A DNA stretch of 64,000 nucleotides from Vicugna vicugna (taxonomy: Eukaryota). The position numbers were made by a program, and so were the translations under genes. Every line of letters starts with the position of its first letter. The stretch's first letter is position 1. Shown in pieces: positions 15,101 through 23,576 of this stretch. The notes beneath the pieces were generated by a model. The model had not been told where the DNA came from. It ran no database searches and saw only the letters and a list, made by a program, of their open reading frames with translations. The stretch is taken from assembly GCA_013265495.1 (NCBI GenBank), contig MU062317.1, positions 434,001 to 498,000 of the forward strand, in the 5' to 3' direction.

Positions 15101-18100
15101 ACTTAGGGAGCCCCTGGCGTTCGGAGCTGAAATAGAACCCGTCTCCCCGCAGGTCGGCTCTGAGGAAGCCCCCGCCCCACCCCCTTCAGCTCCCTCCAGG
15201 CCCGAGTCCTCCACGCACCTTCGAACCACGGCGGATCCTCGGCCCTGGTCTCAGCCGCGATGTTCTCGCTGACGGTGTGCAGGAGGTCGGCCAGGAGCTT
15301 CTGCCGCAGCGGGGCCCGCTCGTCAGAGAGCAGCTGCCGGGCGGCCTGGATGAGCCCTGCGTGCGGCTTCTGGAACACGCTGAGGAAGCGGCTGATGTCA
15401 CTCACATCTGCCATCGAGGGGGAACAAATGGAGAGGCCACCAGTCCTCGGAGCACCACCTCGGGGAGACGCAAGGATGCCCGCATGATCCCCCCTCCTGC
15501 CCAGCCCTGTCCTGACCTCCCTCAGCCTGGTGCTCCGGGCCTCGGGCCTGGCTGCCCAGGCCGGGGGTGGTGAGAGGACAAATGAGGAGGGAACAGGGCA
15601 CGAGCTGGAAAGTGAAACCACACAAGCAAGTTGCGAGTTGCCGCCCTCCTCCAAGTGAAGTCTGCCGTCTCTGGGTCCCCCTGGAGACCTCATGTCTGAT
15701 CACCCTGCCCTGTCCTCCTGTCCCTGGAGCCTTTCCGCACGTGCCCGAGAGCAGTGAGCCCCCGAGCGAGCACCGGGGTCAGGAGGAGCAGGCGTACCGG
15801 GGACACGGGGACGCTCGGTGCTGCAAAGCCAACCAGTGCCATCCACTCTCCACAGGCTGACAAAGAAAAGTCACGTGATCGTAGCAATCGGAGCAGAAAG
15901 ACAGAGAAAATCTCTGAGACCTAGGGCTTCGGGAAGCGTTCTCAGACTGAACACCAAAAGCATGGGCATGAAAGAAAACCGGAAAAGGGACGAAATGAAA
16001 AACCTTTACTCCGTGAAAGACCCTGTTAAGAAAATGAAAAGACAAACTGCAGAGAAAGAGGAAACGTCTGCAGACCACCGACCCCACGGCAGACTGGGAT
16101 CCAGAGGAGATTAGGGGGAACCTCTCAAAATTGACCGATAAAAAGTCCACTTAGAAAACCGACGAAAGGCACGTGACCAAAGAGGATATTCAGAGGGTAA
16201 ACCAGCCCACGAGAGGGTGGTCAGCACAATTAGCCAGGAGGGAAACACAAGTCAAGGCGCCCGCTCGCCCCCAGATGCTCGCCCCCCAGAAGGGCTAAAA
16301 CAAAACCAGCCAGGCACCCAGAACTGGGGAGGCCGCCCCGCCCCTGCTGTGCAAACAAGACGGGGCTGCCTTTCTGGAAAGCAAAGTGCAGCTCCTTTTC
16401 TTTTTTTTTTAAACAACTTTACTGAGATGGAATTTTCTAGAAGGACAAGGTCCAACAGAGGAAGGGTGCTTGCAACTTGGAGCACACACCAGACGTGTCG
16501 CCTTCCCTGCAGACTGCAGAGTTCCAGCAGAGGGGCGAGGCCACACCTCCGCTACTCTTAGACCTTCTCTGTCCTTTAGGCAGAGAAGGCAGGACCGTCC
16601 CGGTCCTCGGAGCTCTGCGTCCTTCCCGGGGCACCAGAAGCATCTCCTGAAACAGAAGCCAGAGAGCCAGACAGCCCTCCTGGGGGAAGTGCACACACCT
16701 TGCCACTGGCCTAGGTCTCCGGAGAAGCACTTGTCACCCAACACGGCCCCCCCACCTCTGACAGCACGGCTCGAACGCGGCAGCCTCAACGTGCACCCGA
16801 AGGCAGCGTGTCCGCAAACACCGACGCAGACCAGACACCGAGCGTGACAGGAGCCGCCAGCCCTCCCCCGAGAAAGCCCCGCAGCAGAGCAGCCACCCTC
16901 TCCAGTCCGCCTCACCCAGTGCCAGAGGCCTCCCTTCTGCCCTTGGGAGTTACTAGGACACCTCAAGTGAACAGAAATAAAACAAAAGGACGTTTTTAAA
17001 AAGGAAAAAAGACACAGCAAACAACCAATTGGACATCCAGGCTCCTGGCTTTCCCTCTTCTGACTTCAGAGCACGGGGACCCCTCCCTCCCCGAGCTGGT
17101 GCCCCACCCCCGGGGAAGACCCTCAGCACCTCCAAAGCCCCACCAGTTCCCCGCCCACCTCCAGGGTCCCCGCCACTTACAGCCCTGCCAGGTCTGGCCC
17201 GCAGTGAGGAGCACGAGTTCCGCGCCGTCCGGGACGCTGCAGAAGCGATCTGCGGTCAGCTCCGAGCCGTCCTCATACAGACACAGGCGGGAGCCGGGAA
17301 CGGGCAGCTGCGGGGAGGGGAGGGGACAGCAGGGCGGGCACTGCCGGACTGGGTCTCGTGGGCCCACCGTAGGCAGGCAACATACGGGCTTTCCACCTGC
17401 AGCCCTCGCGGTGTACAGGGAGGACCTACGTTCTGAAGACTCACACTTGAGATGCTGTCTCTGGGCATAGAGCACATCAAAACAAGAGCTCCTACTGCAG
17501 ATTGTTCTAAGACGTGGAAAGTCACAAAAATACACACACGGCGGTGACTGCTTTGTGGGAGTCATGACTCGGACTCCTTCAGAACGAGCCCCTCCCAGAC
17601 ACTTCAAAATCCAAGCCTGTTTCCCGAAATGACGGCTAACTGCTTCCACTAGGCCCGTAAACACACCCGCACTGCCCAGCAGGTGCCAGGATGCAGCACC
17701 TCCCGCTCACGTGTCTCCTTGGGCGCTGATTAATTAAGGGGACATCTTACTGAAGATGACTCACCGCCTCTGTCTACAGGACTGTGACCAGCATCTGGGA
17801 CTGTTAACTTGCTGAGTTCTCTGTTGCTTGACTCTGATCAATTTTAAGAATTTTTACAGTAAATTTTTATTCCTCCCCTCACCCCACCTCACACACATAC
17901 ACATTTGCAACCCCAGCTGGTCTAAGCCCAGCCAAGGGAAGTAACACAGTAAGGGTAAGAATGAGGGCTGAAATCCCTACAACCGGGGTGGGAAAGGGCC
18001 TTTAGAGGCCTCTGAGTGCAACCCCTTCATCTTACACCAAGGGAGACTGAGGAGGGGAGAGGCCGCGTGGCTGTGCCCCGGAGCACGCAGCAGGTTAGCC

Positions 18101-19456
18101 GGCGGCCACGGGAACTGGTCTCTGAATCTCAGGCCAGAGCTGTACTGACCTACACGGTCAGAAAGACGGAAATGTTGTCCCAGGTCCCTCCACAAAGTCC
18201 CCCAGCTCTGACTGGGGCTGAGGGGCCAGAGGGGGACTCTGGGAACCCCTCCACAGCACGGAAATAGGGATTCCCTGGGGCCCGGACGTCTCCCACACTG
18301 CCTGGTTTTGAGACAGAAAAGCAGCATCTCTTATTCTCCCCAAATTTCTCCCACGCAGGTGGGCACCTGAGCAATGGGGCAGAGGCTTCACTAGGGCCAT
18401 CTGCTAAGACACGGCACCTCTGCAGACACAAAGCACGGCCAGAAGCCCCAGAGGACTCCAACTGCCCCAGCTTGCGGTAGCCCCCGCCCTCACAGAGGCT
18501 TTGCTAAGAGGCTTTGGGCTCAGCCAGTCCTGGGTTTAAATGCCCGCCGATCCTCTGCAGCTATGGCAGGTTGCTTAGTCGCTTGGCACCTCAGTTTCCT
18601 CATCTGTGAAATGAAGGTTTTAGCACCCAATTCACAGGGCCGCATGTGGACTCCACCACAACCCACGGAAGAAGCCAGAGGGGCCCAGGGACCGGCACGT
18701 GGCCGTCAGCCATGGTTAGGTTCATGTTCTCCACCCATGGGACATGGACAGTGTCCCCTCCCAGTGACCAGGTCAGGACTCAGGGACACACTGTGTGGCT
18801 CGGTGCAGCCTGAGCTCCACCAGTCCCGAGGGTGCAAGACGACAGCTCAGCATTGTTCCATCTCACCAGCAGCGCTCTGGGCAGGCTCGCTCAGACCCCG
18901 AACCCCTGGCTCCCTGCCCCGCGGCGCCTGCAAGTGAAGGCCCCCAGTTCCCCAGCCCCCGGCCCCCCGGGGCGCCTGCAAGTGGAGGCCCCCAGTTCCC
19001 CAGCCCCCGGCCCCCCGGGGCGCCTGCAAGTGGAGGCCCCCAGTTCCCCAGCCCCCGGCCCCCCCGGGGGCCTGCCCTGGGAGGCCCCCCAGTCCCCCCC
19101 CCCCCGCCCCCCCGGACCCAGCCCCCGGCCCCCCGGGGCGCCTGCAAGTGGAGGCCCCCAGTTCCCCAGCCCCCGGCCCCCCGGGGCGCCTGCACGTGGA
19201 GGCCCCCAGTTCCCCAGCCCCCGGCCCCCCGGGGCGCCTGCAAGTGGAGGCCCCCAGTTCCCCAGCCCCCGGCCCCGCGGGGCACCTGCAAGCGGAGGCC
19301 CCCAGTCCCCCAGCCCCCGGCCCCGCGGGGCACCTGTAAACGGAGGCACCCCTTCCGCAGCACTTCCTCACAGCTCTTGCCCGCCACCCCAAACTTCTTC
19401 TGGCTGTGCAGAGCCCGCAGCTTGAACGTCTTGGGCTTCTGAGTCACCGCAGACAT
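5934..19456 (-). CDS. DFFB: DNA fragmentation factor subunit beta (caspase-activated DNase, CAD/DFF40), complete, 341 aa; complement(join(5934..6168,11589..11689,13188..13358,14332..14411,15219..15407,17181..17307,19334..19456))
   Basis: Exons of 123/127/189/80/171/101/235 nt sum to 1026 nt with an open frame. N-terminal CIDE-N domain (KLRALHSQKKFGVAG..LCLYEDG), Zn-binding and catalytic motifs (FSC..DC..RH, NLDH, VHIACHKKTTH) and a basic C-terminal NLS (RRKRPARKRP) are intact. Confidence 0.97.
9669..9785 (+). mobile_element. tRNA-derived SINE (Vic-1-like)
   Basis: ggggagggtgcagctcggtggtggagcgtgcgcttggcacgcaccaggtcctgggttcagtcccc plus A-rich tail. Confidence 0.8.
10290..10860 (+). mobile_element. 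Highly diverged LINE-1 fragments
   Basis: A-rich + strand; aaagaactagcatccaggacatgtaaagcagtcctacaag..aaaaaatgagcagagg resembles L1 ORF2. Confidence 0.5.
11055..11130. mobile_element. Tigger-family DNA transposon remnant (tentative)
   Basis: gggttcctctgtatc..ccatatccacggatttgaccaac resembles a Tigger2-type terminus. Confidence 0.35.
11589..11689 (-). CDS. DFFB: DFFB exon 6
   Basis: GPFDVDDCASRHSINPYSNRESRVLFSTWNLDH; donor |gtgagt. Confidence 0.95.
12950..13090. mobile_element. MER5A-like hAT-Charlie remnant
   Basis: atcgcctgggaagctcgtcagaaatgcaggttctcaggccccacccc..ggtggggcccagca. Confidence 0.7.
13188..13358 (-). CDS. DFFB: DFFB exon 5
   Basis: VTSCASLVGGEAQEEY..YFDRG..LCTPEGWFSCQ; donor |gtgagc. 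Confidence 0.95.
14332..14411 (-). CDS. DFFB: DFFB exon 4
   Basis: GLEARFRNKSGYLRYSCESRIRSYLRE; AG/GT boundaries. Confidence 0.95.
14680..15060 (+). mobile_element. LINE-1 (L1MA/MB-type) 3' end
   Basis: gaatggataaagatgtggtccatccacgcaatggaatatcactcagcc..; gggacagagtttcaggttaggaaggtgagaaagttctgagaacggatggtgg..; A-rich end. Confidence 0.8.
15219..15407 (-). CDS. DFFB: DFFB exon 3
   Basis: YVSDISRFLSVFQKPH..ETRAEDPPWFE; AG/GT boundaries. Confidence 0.95.
15880..16310 (+). mobile_element. Ancient LINE-1 ORF2 fragment
   Basis: aaaatctctgagacctaggg..acaccaaaagcatgg..tactccgtgaaagaccctgttaagaaaatgaaaagacaa..caaagaggatattcag. Confidence 0.75.
17181..17307 (-). CDS. DFFB: DFFB exon 2
   Basis: LPVPGSRLCLYEDGSELT..LTAGQTWQG; cag| acceptor, |gtaagt donor. 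Confidence 0.95.
18010..18140 (-). mobile_element. MIR SINE (diverged)
   Basis: ccccttcatcttacaccaagggagactgagg..gagaggccgcgtggctgtgccc. Confidence 0.5.
18505..18645 (+). mobile_element. MIR SINE
   Basis: gtcctgggtttaaatgccc..cacctcagtttcctcatctgtgaaatgaagg core. Confidence 0.75.
18917..19350. repeat. 48-bp GC-rich minisatellite (VNTR), about 9 units, spanning the DFFB exon 1/intron 1 boundary
   Basis: Unit GGCGCCTGCAAGTGGAGGCCCCCAGTTCCCCAGCCCCCGGCCCCCCGG. The minus-strand CAG recurs at 19334, 19286, 19238, 19190 and 19142, then at 19024, 18976 and 18928, with a degraded stretch near 19060-19125. Confidence 0.95.
19334..19456 (-). CDS. DFFB: DFFB exon 1 (coding part)
   Basis: gaggATGt start at 19456; MSAVTQKPKTFKLRALHSQKKFGVAGKSCEEVLRKGCLRLQ; donor CAG|GTGCCC. 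Confidence 0.95.
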
Positions 19457-20120
19457 CCTCAGACCCTCGAGCCCCGAGGGGTGCACCGGCCTCGCTGGCA
19501 GCGCCGGGGTTCGGCGCGTAATGTGCTACACCGAGGGGAATCAAGAACGCGCGCCGCCCCCAGCCGGGAACTACATTACCCAGAAGTCTAAGGGAAGCGG
19601 CGGCGCGACCCCGCCTTGTGCGCAGGCGCCGCACTGCGGGAACTTCATTACCCAGAAGGCGCGGAAAGCGGCAGAACAATTCCGCCTTGTGCGCAGGCGC
19701 GGCACAGCGAGGCGGGGTCGCGCACGCGCGGAGGCCAGACCGGGCCGGCCCGGTTGTCATGGGAGCGGTGGCCGCGGCCCGGGCGGTGGGCGCGGGCCGC
19801 TTGGGCAATTCCTTCTCTGCCACCGCCACTGCGGCTCGGGGGTGCGGGCCGGCCCGAGGCGGCGGACGAGGCGCCGCCGGAGCTCCGCCGAGGAGAGGGG
19901 CGGAGACCCCCGGGGTCGTGCGGGCGTCCTGACAGGTACGGGGAGCGGCGGGGCGGCCCTGCGGGCCGGGGCAGCGTCACTGCCCCGGCGGCCCGCGCTC
20001 GGCTCCCGCGCTCGGCGGCGGTGCGGGCCGAGCCGCCCTCCCGCAGAACGGCGACCCCACGTCCGTGCCGGCGGGACGGGAACGAGCGGGCTCATTTACC
20101 TCTTGTGTTTCGGGTTTTCT
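19380..20120. promoter_or_regulatory. CpG-island bidirectional promoter shared by DFFB (-) and CEP104 (+)
   Basis: Very CpG-dense. Two ZNF143-type motifs (GGGAACTACATTACCCAGAAG at 19566, GGGAACTTCATTACCCAGAAG at 19638) and two NRF1-like motifs (TGTGCGCAGGCGC near 19617 and 19688) lie between the DFFB ATG and CEP104 exon 1. Confidence 0.9.
19740..19935 (+). other. CEP104: CEP104 non-coding exon 1 (5' end approximate)
   Basis: GC-rich segment ending at donor CAG|GTACGG (19936). The next acceptor is ctcctgctcccataaacag|23451, 13 nt before the ATG. The TSS cannot be fixed from sequence. Confidence 0.65.
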
Positions 20121-20789
20121 CGGAGGCGCTTTCGAGCCTTGCGGTTGCTTGACCAAAAATCATTTAACCGTGTAACGTTCACGCTTTCTTGAGAAGAAAA
20201 GTGGATGCAAGTTTTGTCTCCCAGTCCTGTAGCAAGATGGTTTGGAAGTTGCTAAACTATTTCCATGTAATTTCGCGTTATCGATACCCCTGATACATAG
20301 TGACAAGCAGAAGTTACCCCGCCCCGTAACAGCGTGCGCACCGAGGGCGCGTGGGCCGTGACCGCTGCCCGGGGAGAGGTGCGGTCCGGCGCGTGTTCTG
20401 GGATGAGGACCGCTGTGCACCAGGGCGGCTGGGGCCCCGCATTCACCGGAGTTTTGGTTCTCCGCAAAATGTTAGCGATGATTCTTATAGAGCCTAATAC
20501 GAGTGTCCTTTAGTGACACCTCAAGTATCTTTTGTAATACTTGAAGGTTGACACAAAGGGGGGCCCTAGGGTACAAGGTGGAAGGATGCAGCCAAAAAGC
20601 AATCCTTTTCAGATACCCAAACCCAGGTGATAAGGTTGCCTCTGCTGTTCCCTGACATGTCTCCTGCCTGGTTCCTAAATGCCAGCCCTGTGTTTTGAAT
20701 TTATTGAGGCAACATAGTGTAGTTGTGGACACATCCTCTGTTCAGATTTGAAGGGTCCTGTTTCTAAGTCTTTGCACCGTAACAGAGGC

Positions 20790-20945
20790 TGTTGGTCAAG
20801 ACCTGAAACTCTGGAACCTGACCAGCTTTAGGACAAACCCTGCCTGTGTGGCTTCATAGCCAGATGGCCCTGGGCATCGGCTTCTCTGTGCCTCAGTTTC
20901 CTGGTCTCTACAGTCAGGGTGTCAGAGTTGTCATGAAGGTATAAA
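20790..20945 (+). mobile_element. MIR SINE (diverged)
   Basis: actctggaacctgaccagc..cttctctgtgcctcagtttcctggtctctaca. Confidence 0.6.
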
Positions 20946-22699
20946 CACATGCCCATCTACAAGCAGACATACCGAGTAAGGGCATCAGTCTGACATATGC
21001 CAAGCAGGGTGAACAGTATCTCATATCTCCAGAATGTCCAGATACGTGGTCACATTCAGTTGAAAAGATTTCATTGATACCTACCGTTTTCGAGGTGGGA
21101 TAGGAAGTGACAGGCCCTGCTCTTGAAGCTGACCAGAGGATGTGGAGAACTCCAGCACAGGGATGCGGCACTAAGCTTTAGTGAGTCTGGCTGGGCTTGA
21201 CAATCCCTGACAAGAAGTGAGAGTTGGAAGAACAGATGGGGCTTGAGGAGGAAGGCTCAGCAGGCAGGAGCGGTCCTCCAGGGAGGGAGACCTGGCTGTT
21301 GTTTTCTAGAAAAGACTGTGAGAGCCAGAAGAAGGCACGTGTGCCGTCACCATTCCAGGGCAGAACCAATGAGACGCGGCGCCCCGTGGGTGGGAGTGGG
21401 GAGGAGGATGCAGAAGTAGGTGCAGGGAGGTGGAGGTCGAGGGAGGAGTCAGTCCAGGCCGGAGCCCGGCACCAGGGCACCAGCACGCAGGAGGCGCTGC
21501 AGGCTGGGCGGGACGGCTCTGTTCCTGGCGCGGAGCCGGAGGGCAGCGGGCTGCGGGGGAGCTCGCGCCCACCGTCTTCTGTGCACTTCAGCATCTCCAG
21601 GTTGGCTTAGCTCTCCTCTTCTATCCTGTGACGGGCTGTGTGCAGAAAGTAACTAGGCTCTTTGACGATGGTTTCTGTCTGCTTTTAACACTGCCGACAC
21701 TTACCAAGCTGGCCCTCTTCAGGTTCCCAGTAAGTCAAAGGAAGCCCTAGCCCGTGTACCAGCGTGTGAGGCAAGCAGGTTGCATGTGGGGCGTGCCTGC
21801 GTGTTACCTCCTGCCGAAAAGCCTCGGCCGACAGTGTGTCGCACCCCAGAGACCTCTGTGGAGAAGCCTGCCCCCGTGTCAGCGAGGGCCCTTGGTTGCG
21901 TACTGACACCTCACGCAGGTTGGCCTGTTGAAGAGGGATGGATTGGCTTAGTGACTAGAAAACGGGAGTCCATGAGTTGTTTGGTCTTTAAATCCTGAGG
22001 CTCCCACAGTGTGTCTGCCTCTCAGCACTGCTTCCCCCCAGCAGCCCTGCCCTCTGCTAGGATCTCCCAGTGGTGGCCTCCAGCAGCCTCCGGCCAACAC
22101 TATCCTATGGCTGCGGCCCCAGCAAAGTCCTGGTATCGAGTCACATTGGTCCTGTTTGTTGGGTCTTGTTCTCATGTCCCCATCCCTGAACCAGTTACTG
22201 AGGAGGGATGTGGAACTTGTGGACCGACCAAGCCCAGGACCGGTGCCCCCACAGGCGTGGAGCTGAGGAGCGCAGGGGGCGTCGGCTCCGCACATCCAGG
22301 CCTGGGGAGGGCAGAGTCACCCAGGCAAACTGCGACTGGGGCGCCATTTCAAAGCAGCAGCAGGCAAAGCCAGGTATCGCCACAGCCGCCCTCAAAACGA
22401 AGGTGTGTAACTATGAACCAAGTCGGGTCACTCACATGTCATGACAGAAAAAAATCACTCAGCCAACATTTAAACATCTCCCAAGACTCAGCTCCCAGCC
22501 CGGCCCCGGGGCGCGGCTACGCACTTGGCGCTCTGACTGCGGGCCGGCGCCCCCGGCCGTGCATGTTCATGCAGCAGTTAGGGTGCTATTGATTCACCCA
22601 CCCCCTTCCCCTTACTTCTGTGTGGCTTACTAACACACTCGTTGTATTAATTTCTTAACTGATAGGAAAAACTTTGTTTTCATATCTTAGCAAAAAACC

Positions 22700-23110
22700 T
22701 TGTCTCTGCTGTAACAAAGTAACACAAACTGGATGACTTAAAACGATAGAAATTTATTCAAGAGGCTAGAAGTTCAAAAGCAAGGTGTGGGTGTGCAGGG
22801 CTGTTCCCTCTGACGGCCCCAGGGCCCGTCCTTGCCCGGCCAGCAGCTGCCACCCGGCCATCCTCGGCCAGCAGGTGCGTTGCTCCCTGCTGGGCCCTTG
22901 TCACATGGACTTCTCCCTGTCCACGTGTGTCCCTGGCTCTGCTCTGATAAGGACACCGGTCATGGTGGAGTAGGCCCACCCTACTCCAGTGTGACCTCAC
23001 CGTAACTTGGTTACATCTGCAAAGACCGTGTTTCCAAATGAAGCCACATTCACTGGTCCTGGGAGTTAGGACTTAAGCTCAGCTTTGGGAGGGGCACAGT
23101 TTAAACAACA
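22700..23110 (-). mobile_element. MLT1 (MaLR) solo LTR
   Basis: ctgctgtaacaaagtaacacaaactggatgacttaaaac..gaaatttatt..; ataaggacacc..taggcccaccct..gtgtgacctca..ttacatctgcaaagacc.tgtttccaaat, all hallmark MLT1 motifs. Confidence 0.8.
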
Positions 23111-23208
23111 CTGGCCACACTGTTTGGACATATATTTGGGAGACGTTAAGGTAAGTTAAATGATGCCTTATGTAGAATTAGAGGTGCCATGAAAAGTACT
23201 TAACAAGA

Positions 23209-23305
23209 GGGCAGGGATGGTATAGCTCAGTGGTAGAGTGTATGCTTAGCACGCACAAGGTCCTGGGTTCCATCCCCAATACTGCCATTAAATAAATACA
23301 AAAAA
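23209..23305 (+). mobile_element. tRNA-derived SINE (Vic-1-like) with 17-bp target-site duplication
   Basis: A box tagctcagtgg, B-box-like gggttccatccc, A tail; TSD aaaagtacttaacaaga at 23192-23208 and 23306-23322. Confidence 0.9.
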
Positions 23306-23463
23306 AAAAGTACTTAACAAGAAACTGGACTCTTTCAAAGTGATGGGACAGTCCTGGCCAGGTCGTGAAGGACTTTGAACAAACACTTTCAGTGTTACGT
23401 GCTTCTGAGTTCCTTGATTTGAAAGCTGTCTCTCCTGCTCCCATAAACAGCCCCGAGTGCAGA

Positions 23464-23576
23464 ATGCCCCACAAGATTGGATTCGTGGTTGTCAGCTCGT
23501 CCGGACACGAAGACGGCTTCAGTGCCCGGGAACTCATGGTCCACGCTCCGACTGTCAGCGGGTGGAGGTCGCCGAG
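23464..23576 (+). CDS. CEP104: CEP104 exon 2 (first coding)
   Basis: MPHKIGFVVVSSSGHEDGFSARELMVHAPTVSGWRSP; donor AG|GTGGGC. Confidence 0.95.

Noticed and set aside
18795-19442. Several 150-215 aa Pro/Gly-rich repetitive ORFs on both strands
   Set aside because: Translations of the stop-free 48-bp VNTR. Only the frame continuing DFFB exon 1 is relevant, and it is reported as a finding.
19448-19486. DFFB N-terminus 3 aa longer than human (MSAVTQKPK)
   Set aside because: Rodent CAD has a similar longer N-terminus as I recall, so this is probably ancestral rather than novel.
23209-23290. tRNA-like sequence (A and B boxes)
   Set aside because: No full cloverleaf; A tail and TSD, plus four other copies in the window, identify it as a SINE rather than a tRNA gene.
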